Assembly (NCBI GenBank): GCA_947085375.1
Contig: CAMTWB010000007.1
Location: 44,261 to 108,260 of the forward strand
Length of the DNA stretch: 64,000 nt
DNA from: an uncultured delta proteobacterium
Lineage (GTDB): Bacteria; Desulfobacterota; Syntrophia; Syntrophales; CAMTWB01
Direction of reading: 5' to 3'
Shown here: positions 17,549 through 27,400 of the stretch, in pieces
Numbering within the stretch: the stretch's first letter is position 1
Layout of the letters: each line of letters begins with the position of its first letter
Notes under the pieces: model-generated
What the model saw: only the letters and a program-made list of their open reading frames with translations
The model's database searches: none
Told to the model about the DNA's origin: nothing
Made by a program: the position numbers and the translations under genes

Positions 17549-19276
17549 ATGAAGTTAACAGGGGCGCAGATATTTTTTCAAGCATTGAAGATGGAAGGGG
17601 TGGATACGATTTTCGGCTATCCCGGTGGCGCAGTGATGGACCTTTATGATGAAATGTACCGTCAGGACATCAGGCATATCCTGGTCCGCCACGAACAGGG
17701 AGGAGTCCACGCCGCCGACGGCTATGCCCGCAGTACCGGCAGGGTGGGAGTATCTCTCGTTACCTCCGGCCCCGGGGCGACCAATGCCGTAACCGGTATT
17801 GCGACAGCATTTCTCGATTCGGTTCCACTGGTGGTTTTCACCGGACAGGTGCCGACCAGATTCATCGGCAATGATTCTTTCCAGGAGGTGGATATCACCG
17901 GGATAACCCGTTCCTGCACTAAACATAACTTTTTGGTGAGGGACGTGAGACAACTGCCGCAGACTATTCGCCAGGCTTTTAATATTGCTCGCAGCGGACG
18001 TCCCGGTCCGGTCCTGGTGGACCTGCCAAAAGATGTAATCCAGTCGGTGGTGGAAAGGGCGGATATCGATTTTCCGTCTGATGTTCAAGAGGAGTTGCCA
18101 TCACGGAAATACCTGGAGATGCGCTGTCGGGAGGCGCTGGATCTACTGCTTAAGGCCGAAAAACCGCTTATCCTGTGCGGCGGCGGCATTTTGCGCGGCA
18201 AGGCCTCGGAGGAATTCCGAAAGCTTGTGACCCGATTAAATATACCGGTTACCAGCACTCTCATGGGCATCGGTTCCTTTCCCGGTCATTCTCCCCTCTG
18301 GCTGGGAATGGTGGGAATGCACGGCACTTACTACGCCAACATGGCCGTCAGCCATTGCGATCTCCTGTTTGCCGTGGGGGCCCGTTTTGATGACCGGGTT
18401 ACCTCCAAAGTGGAAGCCTTTGCCCCCCATGCCAAGATAATTCACGTAGACATTGATCCCCTGTCTCTGGAAAAGGTTGTTCGCACCCACGTTGCCATTC
18501 AAAGTGACTGTAAACCGGTTTTGCAACTGCTAAACGATATGCTGGACGAGGCCTTGCCTAAGCGCCAGGGTGATCAATATTCATCCTATTCACCCTATTC
18601 ACATTGGCGGGAGGAGATCGCCCGCTGGAAGAAAAAGGTCCCTCTTAGCTATTGTCGCAACGAAAACATCAAGCCCCAGTATGTGATCCAAAAACTGAAT
18701 AAAATTACCAATGGCCAGGCAATCATCACCACTGACGTGGGACAGCACCAGATGTGGGCGGCCCAGTTTTATAATTTTGACTATCCTGATACCTTCCTTA
18801 CCTCTGGAGGACTGGGCACTATGGGCTACGGACTGCCCGCGGCCATTGGCGCCCAGGTTGCTCATCCGGAGCGTCTGGTGGTCAACATTGCCGGTGACGG
18901 CAGCATTCAGATGAATATCCAGGAACTTGCCACCGCCGTTGAATATGACTTGCCGGTCAAGGTAATTATTTTGAATAACGGCTACCTGGGGATGGTGCGT
19001 CAGTGGCAGGAAATGTATTACGGAAAACGCTACTCTCAATCGGGAATCAGCGGCTGCCCGGATTTTGTCAAACTGGCCGCAGCCTACGGGGCGCTGGGGC
19101 TCCGTACCGACAGGCCCGACCTGGTGGAAGAAATCCTCCGGCAGGGCATTGCTCATCCGGGGGTGGCTGTTATGGATTTCCGTATCGAACCATTGGAGGG
19201 AGTATATCCGATGGTCAAGCCCGGGGCCCCCTTGACGGAAATGCTTCTGGGACAACAGACAGCGGCAATAATGTAA
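17549..19276 (+). CDS. ilvB: Acetolactate synthase large subunit (ThDP/FAD)
   Basis: 575 aa with conserved blocks GYPGGAVMDLYD, TSGPGATN and GLGTMGYGLPAAIGA. Confidence 0.92.
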   Translation: MKLTGAQIFFQALKMEGVDTIFGYPGGAVMDLYDEMYRQDIRHILVRHEQGGVHAADGYARSTGRVGVSLVTSGPGATNAVTGIATAFLDSVPLVVFTGQVPTRFIGNDSFQEVDITGITRSCTKHNFLVRDVRQLPQTIRQAFNIARSGRPGPVLVDLPKDVIQSVVERADIDFPSDVQEELPSRKYLEMRCREALDLLLKAEKPLILCGGGILRGKASEEFRKLVTRLNIPVTSTLMGIGSFPGHSPLWLGMVGMHGTYYANMAVSHCDLLFAVGARFDDRVTSKVEAFAPHAKIIHVDIDPLSLEKVVRTHVAIQSDCKPVLQLLNDMLDEALPKRQGDQYSSYSPYSHWREEIARWKKKVPLSYCRNENIKPQYVIQKLNKITNGQAIITTDVGQHQMWAAQFYNFDYPDTFLTSGGLGTMGYGLPAAIGAQVAHPERLVVNIAGDGSIQMNIQELATAVEYDLPVKVIILNNGYLGMVRQWQEMYYGKRYSQSGISGCPDFVKLAAAYGALGLRTDRPDLVEEILRQGIAHPGVAVMDFRIEPLEGVYPMVKPGAPLTEMLLGQQTAAIM

Positions 19277-19288
19277 GGAGAAATAAAG

Positions 19289-19777
19289 ATGCCGAACATG
19301 GAAACAGCTCTTGCGATTTTAGTTAACAACAAACCCGATGTTCTGGCCCGGATTGCCGGAACATTTAGTGGTCGCGGATTCAATATTGAAAGTATATCGG
19401 CCAATACAACCAGTGATCCCGCCCTGACCAAGATTGTCATTACCACTAACGATAGCCGGGAGGTAATAAAAAAGATTGAAAAACAGTTGAAAAATATCGT
19501 TGATGTGCTCAAGGTGGAGAATCTTTCCACCCAGAAATCGATTCACCGGGAGATGCTATTGGTTAGAATGAAGGCGGCAGGGGATAAAATCTCTTTGCTG
19601 GAAAAGATAATTGCCGAACGGGGATGGCGGCTGATAAGCAGGAACAGCGGCTGTTTTATTCTGGAAATTACCGGGGATCAGAAGGAAATCATGGCCGCCC
19701 TTGCCCTTTTGGAATCTTTTGGTATTGACGATTACACCAGAGGCGGGGTAGTGGCTTTGGAACTAGAGCAGAAATGA
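19289..19777 (+). CDS. ilvN: Acetolactate synthase small (regulatory, ACT-domain) subunit
   Basis: 162 aa with the ACT motif LVNNKPDVLARIAGTFSGRGFNIESI, directly after ilvB. Confidence 0.9.
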   Translation: MPNMETALAILVNNKPDVLARIAGTFSGRGFNIESISANTTSDPALTKIVITTNDSREVIKKIEKQLKNIVDVLKVENLSTQKSIHREMLLVRMKAAGDKISLLEKIIAERGWRLISRNSGCFILEITGDQKEIMAALALLESFGIDDYTRGGVVALELEQK

Positions 19778-19810
19778 CATTTTGTCAACTAAACTGAAAA
19801 CGGGGGATTT

Positions 19811-20866
19811 ATGGCTAAAATTAATTTTGGCGGTGTGATTGAAGATGTGGTTACGGTGGACGAATTTCCGGTAGCAAAGGCCCGGAAATTACTCAGCACG
19901 GAGACGGTGGCCGTAATCGGTTACGGGGTCCAGGGACCTGGTCAGGCCCTTAATATGAGGGATAACGGAGTTGCAGTAATTGTGGGGCAACGGGAAGGCA
20001 CCCCTTCTTGGGATAAGGCGCAAGCGGACGGATTTGTGCCCGGCAAGACTCTTTTTACGCCGGAAGAAGCCGCCCAGAGGGGCACGATAATAATGTATCT
20101 CCTCTCTGATGCCGGTCAGAAGGCCATGTGGCCGGCCATCAAGCCTCAGCTCAAACCGGGCGACGCTCTTTATTTCTCACATGGATTCTCCATCACCTAC
20201 AAGGAGCAGACGGGGGTTATTCCGCCTGCGGACGTAGATGTTATTCTCGTCGCCCCCAAGGGCTCCGGAAGATCGCTGCGGACAAACTATCTGGCGGGCA
20301 GCGGTCTCAATTCCAGCTATGCCATCTTCCAGGATTACACCGGGCGGGCAAACGAGCGGGCGCTGGCGGTGGGGATGGCCATCGGTTCCATTTATCTCTT
20401 CCCGACTACCTTCGAAAAAGAAGTCGTGAGCGACCTGACCGGCGAACGGGGAGTGCTGATGGGCTGCCTGGCCGGGGTCATGGAGGCCCAATACAATATC
20501 CTCAGGAAACATGGCCATTCACCTTCGGAAGCATTCAACGAAACGGTGGAGGAACTGACCCAGAGCCTTATCATTCTGGTTGGGGAAAACGGGATGGATT
20601 GGATGTACGCCAACTGCAGCACCACTGCCCAGCGGGGCGCCCTGGACTGGAAGGGTCCCTTCCGGGATGCTGTTGCGCCGGTGTTCGAGAAGCTCTATGA
20701 GCAGGTAGTTTCCGGCGAGGAGACCAGAATCGTCCTTGCTGCTAACAGCGCCCCGGATTATCGAGAACGTCTGAACAAAGAACTAGAAGCCGTAAAACAG
20801 ATGGAAATGTGGCAGGCCGGCGCCGCGGTCCGGGCGCTGAGGCCGGAAAATCGCAGAACAAATTAA
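19811..20866 (+). CDS. ilvC: Ketol-acid reductoisomerase
   Basis: 351 aa with IGYGVQGPGQALNMRDNG (NADP site) and an IlvC C-terminal knotted-domain pattern. Confidence 0.9.
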   Translation: MAKINFGGVIEDVVTVDEFPVAKARKLLSTETVAVIGYGVQGPGQALNMRDNGVAVIVGQREGTPSWDKAQADGFVPGKTLFTPEEAAQRGTIIMYLLSDAGQKAMWPAIKPQLKPGDALYFSHGFSITYKEQTGVIPPADVDVILVAPKGSGRSLRTNYLAGSGLNSSYAIFQDYTGRANERALAVGMAIGSIYLFPTTFEKEVVSDLTGERGVLMGCLAGVMEAQYNILRKHGHSPSEAFNETVEELTQSLIILVGENGMDWMYANCSTTAQRGALDWKGPFRDAVAPVFEKLYEQVVSGEETRIVLAANSAPDYRERLNKELEAVKQMEMWQAGAAVRALRPENRRTN

Positions 20867-20923
20867 GGGGAGAGATGAAGGAGAACTTGAGCCACCGGAC
20901 TTCTGACAAAGCCGCCAAATAGC

Positions 20924-21131
20924 GCGTGCGACAAATTTATGGCTGTCCTAATCTTGCAGGGCCCAGCCCCCCCCCTTTCCCAAAGGGGGGCAGGGGGGAT
21001 TTTCCCAAAGGGGGGCAGGGGTGTTTCATAATGAAAGCAAGAGGTTACTTTTAGTTCGTGAAATCTCCCCCGACCCCTCTTTGGGAAAGAGGGGAGAAAA
21101 ACCGTCTCTACCCATAAATTTGTCGCGCACC
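20924..21131. mobile_element. MITE-like element with about 20-bp terminal inverted repeats (GCGTGCGACAAATTTATGG / CCATAAATTTGTCGCGCAC) and internal C6TTT-N3-AAAG6 hairpins
   Basis: TIRs were read directly. A homologous, inverted copy lies at 55194-55467. Confidence 0.7.
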
Positions 21132-21147
21132 CCGTCAAATATAGTTC

Positions 21148-21176
21148 TTGTCAAGGCCAAAAAAAATCGCTATAAA
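21148..21176 (+). promoter_or_regulatory. Candidate sigma70 promoter TTGTCA-N17-TATAAA upstream of ftsB
   Basis: Motif match only. Confidence 0.3.
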
Positions 21177-21260
21177 ACCACACCTAAACAACTGAATTAC
21201 GCCTGCCATGCGCTTTTTAACTCGGGAGGCGCACTTGCCATTTTTAAGGTGGGGCACGCC

Positions 21261-21527
21261 ATGAAGTTACTAAAATATCTCTTAATTTTTGTTTTTATGG
21301 GTGGCCTTCTCATTATCTTTGGTGACCGCGGGTTGATTGACAACTATCGCCTGTCCCAGCGTCTGCATGATTTAAAAAGTCAAAATGAACAATTACTGCA
21401 GGAAAACAAAAAAACCCAGCAAATAATTTCTCTACTCAAAGAAGACCTGACCTATATTGAAATGATTGCGCGCCGAGAGCTGGGAATGACCGGCAAGGGC
21501 GAACTGGTGTACCGCTTTACACAATAA
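21261..21527 (+). CDS. ftsB: Septum formation initiator (FtsB/DivIC family)
   Basis: 88 aa with an N-terminal TM helix, a coiled coil, and EMIARRELGM. The ORF-track start at 21021 translates the MITE. Confidence 0.7.
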   Translation: MKLLKYLLIFVFMGGLLIIFGDRGLIDNYRLSQRLHDLKSQNEQLLQENKKTQQIISLLKEDLTYIEMIARRELGMTGKGELVYRFTQ

Positions 21528-21600
21528 GCAGGCGGTATCTTCAGCGAAGATGCAGGAGCTTTTCCGGTAATGCTTTTTTTGTGGTCTAAGTGAGAGCGTC

Positions 21601-22677
21601 ATGTTTAGCTTGAAAGACATTTTTCCCAAGCGCAGTCAGGTTATAGGAATCGATGTCGGGTCGAGTTCGTTGAAGCTCTTGGACATCAAGGACTCTCCCC
21701 GCGGCCCAGAGCTGATCAAGTTTGGCCAGATAGCCATGCCCCGGGGGGCGATTGTGAATGGCGAGCTCCTGGAGCCGGGGGTCCTTTCCGACAGGCTGGT
21801 AGAGCTCGTTTCCTCCTGCGGTTGTAAGCGAAGACCGGTCGTTTCCTGCCTTTCGGGAAACTCGGTGCTGGTAAAAAAGGTCAATTTCAACCAGATGGGC
21901 GAGGAAGAACTACGCGAACTCCTCCAGGATGAGGGCGCCAAGTATCTCCCCTTTGAAGACATATCTCATGTGTACCTCGATTTCCAGGTTCTAAAGGGTT
22001 CTGATGTAAATCCCAACCAAATGGAAGTTCTGATCGTAGCGGCAAAGAAAGACGTCGTTGACAGCTATACGCAGGCCTTCCTCAAGGCAGGCTTGGAGGT
22101 GGTCATCATGGATGTCGACTCCTACGCCATTGAGACCATGTATGAAGAAAATTATGATTTCGATGACGACGAGGTAGTTGCTCTGATCGATATCGGCGCC
22201 AGCGCCACTAATATAAATGTGCTCAAGGGCGGCATTTCCATCTTCACCCGGTCCTTTTCCCTGGGGGGCAACATCATTACCGAAGCCATTGGGCGCGAGC
22301 TGGGGGTGGCCTTCGATGAAGCGGAGCTGATAAAGATAACGGGGGTTTCCGGCGAAACTGCGGAGAGAGAGAAGTTGCGCGAAAAAATAATCATTGAGGC
22401 CGAATCAATCATCCAGGAAATTGAGAGCTCTCTTGATTACCTCAAGTTCCAGGCCCGGGAATTTGTCAAGCAGATTGTGCTGTCCGGCGGTAGCGCAACT
22501 ATTGCCGATTTCGATCGTGTTATTGCCGATAGACTTAACATGGCGGCAAGTATCGTCGATCCCTTCAGGAAAATTCATGTCGATCCCCAAAAAATTTCGC
22601 CGACGATCATTGCCGCCGCAGCGCCTTTCGCGGCAGTTGGAGTGGGCCTGGCCTTAAGAAGATTGGGGGACAGATGA
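21601..22677 (+). CDS. pilM: Type IV pilus assembly ATPase-like protein PilM
   Basis: 358 aa with an actin-like fold pattern (IGIDVGSSSLK..., IDIGASATN). It is the first gene of the pilMNOPQ string. Confidence 0.85.
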   Translation: MFSLKDIFPKRSQVIGIDVGSSSLKLLDIKDSPRGPELIKFGQIAMPRGAIVNGELLEPGVLSDRLVELVSSCGCKRRPVVSCLSGNSVLVKKVNFNQMGEEELRELLQDEGAKYLPFEDISHVYLDFQVLKGSDVNPNQMEVLIVAAKKDVVDSYTQAFLKAGLEVVIMDVDSYAIETMYEENYDFDDDEVVALIDIGASATNINVLKGGISIFTRSFSLGGNIITEAIGRELGVAFDEAELIKITGVSGETAEREKLREKIIIEAESIIQEIESSLDYLKFQAREFVKQIVLSGGSATIADFDRVIADRLNMAASIVDPFRKIHVDPQKISPTIIAAAAPFAAVGVGLALRRLGDR

Positions 22678-23261
22678 TCCGGATTAATCTACTTCCCTAC
22701 TGGGAGAAGGGGAAAAAAGAGGACATCAGACGTCAGGTGTTTTTCCTGGCAGCTTCGTTTGTTTTGTTTATCCTTGTCCTGTCTTCTTTTTATATTTACA
22801 TCAGTTGGAGTAACTCTAGATTGGAAGCCCAGGTCAAAACGATGGAGCTAAGGACCGCAATGTTGGCCAAGGAGGTAGGGGATGTTGAGGCTAACCTGAA
22901 GAAAAAAAGACAATTTGAGCAGAAACTTGCGGTCATTGAAGAATTGGATAATAATCGCCTTTTTGCGCTCCGGCTTTTCCGGGAAATGAGCTTCTTCACG
23001 CCGATAGGCAACGTCTGGCTGAACAAAGTTGCTCAAAAGGGCACCGAAGTGCGGCTGGACGGCTATGCCAGGCATAACATGGCCGTGGCGCAATTCATGA
23101 AAAATGTGGAGAAATCGGGCTTCCTTACCGATGTTGATTTGGTTGTTTCCAAACGGGAGGAGGTGGAGAAAAGCATGGTGCAGCGTTTCGTGGTGACCGG
23201 TCGGCTTTTCGGAAATCAGCCGGGGACTTCGCTTAAAGAGGGGCCAGCGGGCCGAAACTGA
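22674..23261 (+). CDS. pilN: PilN
   Basis: 195 aa starting MIRINLLPY, with one TM helix. It overlaps the pilM stop by 4 nt. Confidence 0.8.
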   Translation: MIRINLLPYWEKGKKEDIRRQVFFLAASFVLFILVLSSFYIYISWSNSRLEAQVKTMELRTAMLAKEVGDVEANLKKKRQFEQKLAVIEELDNNRLFALRLFREMSFFTPIGNVWLNKVAQKGTEVRLDGYARHNMAVAQFMKNVEKSGFLTDVDLVVSKREEVEKSMVQRFVVTGRLFGNQPGTSLKEGPAGRN

Positions 23262-23263
23262 TT

Positions 23264-23941
23264 ATGGCGATAGAATCATTAGATGACATAAAAAAGCTTC
23301 CCCCCCGCCACAAGGCAATTGCGGCCGGTGTCCTATATGCCCTCCTGGCTTATTTTTTCTGGTTTTTCCTTCTCCAGTCGGCCTGGGAGGAAAGGGCCAA
23401 GCTACAATCATCCCTGGAGGAGCTGGGAAAAAAGATTGCCGCTCAGGAAAAGGTAGTGGCGCAAAAGGAAAAGTATCTGCGGGAGCTAAGAGCGCTCGAT
23501 GAGCAGTTTAGATTGGCACTCTTGAAACTGCCCGAACGCAAAGAGATCCCAGCGCTGCTTTGGTCCATTGCAAAGGAGGGAAAGATTTCCGGCCTCGATT
23601 TTGTTCTTTTTGAGCCAATTCCGCCGCCGCCGGCTTTGGAGCAAAAGCCGGTAGCCAAAAAAGAAGAGGCGAAAAAGCCGGAGGCTGACAAGGAACAGTT
23701 CTATGAAACCATACAGATACATATGACCGTAAGCGGGAGTTTTCACAAGACCGCCTTGTTTTTGGATCGCCTGGCTAAGCTTCCCCGGATCATAAATCTG
23801 GATCAGATAACAGTAGGCGATCGGGCAGGGGTTAAGGAACGCCCAGATGCCCTGACCACATCGGCCGTGATAAAAACCTACATGTTCAAGTCAACACCTT
23901 TAGATGGAAAGAAAGTCACGACTGATGAAAAGAGCAAATAG
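23264..23941 (+). CDS. pilO: PilO
   Basis: 225 aa with a TM helix, a coiled coil and a C-terminal ferredoxin-like region. The call rests partly on position. Confidence 0.7.
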   Translation: MAIESLDDIKKLPPRHKAIAAGVLYALLAYFFWFFLLQSAWEERAKLQSSLEELGKKIAAQEKVVAQKEKYLRELRALDEQFRLALLKLPERKEIPALLWSIAKEGKISGLDFVLFEPIPPPPALEQKPVAKKEEAKKPEADKEQFYETIQIHMTVSGSFHKTALFLDRLAKLPRIINLDQITVGDRAGVKERPDALTTSAVIKTYMFKSTPLDGKKVTTDEKSK

Positions 23942-24407
23942 GGTTCTGATTTCCAGTCTCATTTTTCTGGTTGTTCTCCTCAATAGCACCTCGACCTCAG
24001 CGGGGACTATGAAGAAGGAGCGGACTGTGGTCAAAACAGGCAGGGTCCTGGTGGCTAAAGCCGACCCGTTCAAACCATTTTTAGAGATGGATGCACAAGT
24101 GGCAAGGAATCGGGAAAAACTTCAGGCGCTGCCGCTGTCGCCCCTGTTGCGTTACCCCGTTGATACCTTCCGGCTGACGGGGATTGGCGGAGCACACGGT
24201 AGCCGTATGGCGGTGGTAGAAGACGGCAAGGGTCGATTTTATATCCTGCTTACGGGAAGCGATATCGGAACCAGAAATGGCCGGGTGGTGCAGATCCATC
24301 AGGATCACGTAATCATTGAAGAGCGGACAAAAAGATCCTCCGGTCAGGAAAAACGGGAAGAGATCAAACTGAGGCTTCATACGGGGGGGCAAGAGGGGAG
24401 GCCATGA
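23904..24407 (+). CDS. pilP: PilP-like lipoprotein/periplasmic protein
   Basis: 167 aa with a signal peptide. The call rests on position between pilO and pilQ. The start may be the ATG at 23925. Confidence 0.6.
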   Translation: MERKSRLMKRANRVLISSLIFLVVLLNSTSTSAGTMKKERTVVKTGRVLVAKADPFKPFLEMDAQVARNREKLQALPLSPLLRYPVDTFRLTGIGGAHGSRMAVVEDGKGRFYILLTGSDIGTRNGRVVQIHQDHVIIEERTKRSSGQEKREEIKLRLHTGGQEGRP

Positions 24408-27400
24408 ATATCTATCTTGATGACTTCGTAAAAAGTCCGGATGCGGCGTTGCGCTGCATCCATCGTCACTGCGGCGTACGAAAAGTACGCCTCATTCCTC
24501 GTGATTTGCGCGCCTTGCCTTCGTCCTTTTTACGAAGCCGTCCTAAATGCAAGGCCTTTGCAACTTTTTACGAGCTGGTCTATCTAAGGCTGTTTGTTGT
24601 CTTTATTCTTACCATCTTCGGGATCGTTAATTACCCGGCATATTCCCACGCAACTGCTCCTTCCCCGGCTGAGTCCGCCAAGGCCACAGGCTTTGTACAG
24701 GATGTAAATGTCGGTTATATCGAGAGTATCAGTTTCAGCAGGCCTCCCGGCAGGGAGAGGGTGGTCATTGCCCTGTCCAATCGTACTCTGCTTAGCTTCC
24801 CCAAGTTGCCCCTCTTGGCGGTGGAGGACCGGGCCTTATCAGTGCTCGTCAAGATGGAGGATATGTTTGTCCCGGAGCACCTGAGACGACCGCAGGGAGA
24901 AAATGTTCCCGGCAATATCGTCCGGGTGGCACCACATCAGGTCAGCCTGGATGGCAAGCAGTTCGTTCATCTGGTTGTCGATTTAAAGGAGAGGGTGCCC
25001 TATGCGGTTCGCCGTGAAGGCGGCAACATCATCTTGGATTTTAATGTCGTCTCACTGATGGATAAAGAGGCTACGACATCGGCCAGGCCGGCGCACGTCG
25101 TTCAGGCGTCTCAACCGGCGCCGCCTGAAGCAGCCAAGAAGCCGGCCCCAGAAGCCTCTCCGGCGGCAGCGGCTGCCGCTACCACCCAGCCTATTTCCCT
25201 TGATTTTCAAGAAGCAAACATCAAGAGCGTTCTTAGGCTTCTGGCGGAAATGGGCGGGGTCAATATCGTCTCCGGCGAGGATGTCAAGGGCGCAATTACC
25301 GTAAATCTGCGGAATGTGTCATGGGAACAGGCCCTGGATGTGATCCTTGACGTAAGTAACCTGACCCGCAGGGAAACGGGCAATGTTATTACCGTGATGA
25401 CCGTCGAGCGGATGAAGAAGGAGGAGGCGGAGCGGGCCTCTTTGGTGGAGGCCCAGCGCCGGGCCGAGATGGACCGAGCCAAGGCGGAGCTGGAGAAGGA
25501 TAAGGAGCGGCTGGTCCTGGAGAAGGAGCGTCAGCGTTTTCTGGAGGAACAGGAACGGCAAAAACTTGCTTTAGAAAAAGATCGCCAGCGGCTCTTGGCG
25601 GAGCAGGAGCAGCGGAAGCTGGCGTTGGAGAAGGAACGGCTGGAGCTGGAGGCCCGCGCCCGGGCGGAGAAGGAACGGCCAGTGGCAAAACCGCCCGTGG
25701 AGCCGAGTACGGATGCGTTCGTTGATACGGATATTCGCCGGGTTTTCCAGCTCTTGGCGGAGGAGAGCCGGAAGCGGGGCGATGTGGTCAGCATTGTGGC
25801 GGGTGATGATGTCAAGGGAACGTTAACCGCAGACTTTAAGGAGGTCCCCTGGGAGCAGAAGTTAGACACGGTTTTAGAGATCAAGGGGCTTGCGAAGCGC
25901 CGGGTCGGCAATGTCATTTCGGTGATGACCATGGATCGGATGAAGAAGGAGGAGGCCGAACGGGCGCTTCTTTTGGAGTCTCAGCGGCGGGCGGAATTGG
26001 AGCGGCGCAAGGCGGAGTTGGATAAGGAGAAGGAGCAGCTCGCCCTGGAGAAGGAACGGCAGCGTTTTCTGGAGGAGCAGGAACGGCAGAAACTGGCTTT
26101 AGAGCAGGAGCGGCAGCGGCTTTTGGAGGAGCAGGAGCGCCGGCGGTTGGCTCTGGAGAAGGAGCGGCTGGAGCTTGAGGCCCGGGTTCGGGCTGAGCAG
26201 GAGCGGCCGACGGTGACGCCGATTTCGAAACCGGCGGAGCCGGGGACGGATGTTTTTGTGGAGATGGATATTCGCCGGGTTTTCCAGCTTTTGGCCGAAG
26301 AGAGTCGTCGCAGGGGCGATGTCGTCAGCATTGTAGCGGGTGATGATGTCAAGGGTACGTTAACCGCAGACTTTAAGGATGTCCCCTGGGAGCAGAAGCT
26401 GGACACGGTTTTAGAGATCAAGGGGCTTGCGAAGCGCCGGGTCGGCAATGTCATTTCTGTGATGACCTTGGATCGGATGAAGAAGGAGGAGGCCGAACGG
26501 GCGCTTCTTTTGGAGTCTCAGCGGCGGGCGGAGTTGGAGCGGCGCAAGGCGGAGTTGGATAAGGAGAAGGAGCAGCTCGCCCTGGAGAAGGAGCGGCAGC
26601 GGCTTTTGGAGGAGCAGGAGCGCCGGCGGTTGGCTCTGGAGAAGGAGCGGCTGGAGCTTGAGGCCCGCGCCCGGGCGGAGAAGGAGCGGCCGGTGGTGAA
26701 GCCCCCGGAGCCAGGGGCGGATGTTTTTGTGGAGATGGATATCCGCCGAGTGTTTCAGCTTTTGGCAGAGGAGAGCCGTCGCCGGGGCGATCTGGTCAGC
26801 ATTGTGGCGGGTGATGATGTCAAGGGAACATTCACCGCAGACTTTAAGGATGTCCCCTGGGAGCAGAAGTTAGACACGGTTTTAGAGATCAAGGGGCTCG
26901 CGAAGCGTCGGGTTGGCAATGTCATTACCGTGATGACGGTGGAGCGGATGAAGAAGGAGGAGGCGGAACGGGCAGCCGCCGACCAGGTCCGCCGAAAGCT
27001 GGAGCAGGAGCATCGCGAGCGTGAGCAGAAGATACTGGCGGAGCAGATGAAGATCGACCAGGCCAAAAGGAAAGATGAAACATCATTGGCCAGACCGCCC
27101 CTTTTAACCAGAGTGGTGGGCGTCCGTTACGCCACCCCTAAGTCGCTGCAGGAAAATCTTCAGGAACTGCTTTTGAAGGATCAGCGGGAAGGCATTCCCC
27201 CGGGGTCTGTTCGGGTCGATGAGCACAGTAATTCCCTGATCATCCAGGCCACCAAGGAGGACATGGGCCGCCTGATTGCCCTGATCGAAAAGGTGGACAA
27301 AGTCACCCCGCAAATATCGATCAAGGCCAATATCATCGAGACCACCAAGGATACGGCCCGTGACCTTGGCATCCTGTGGGGTGGAGTATGGGGTCAGAAG

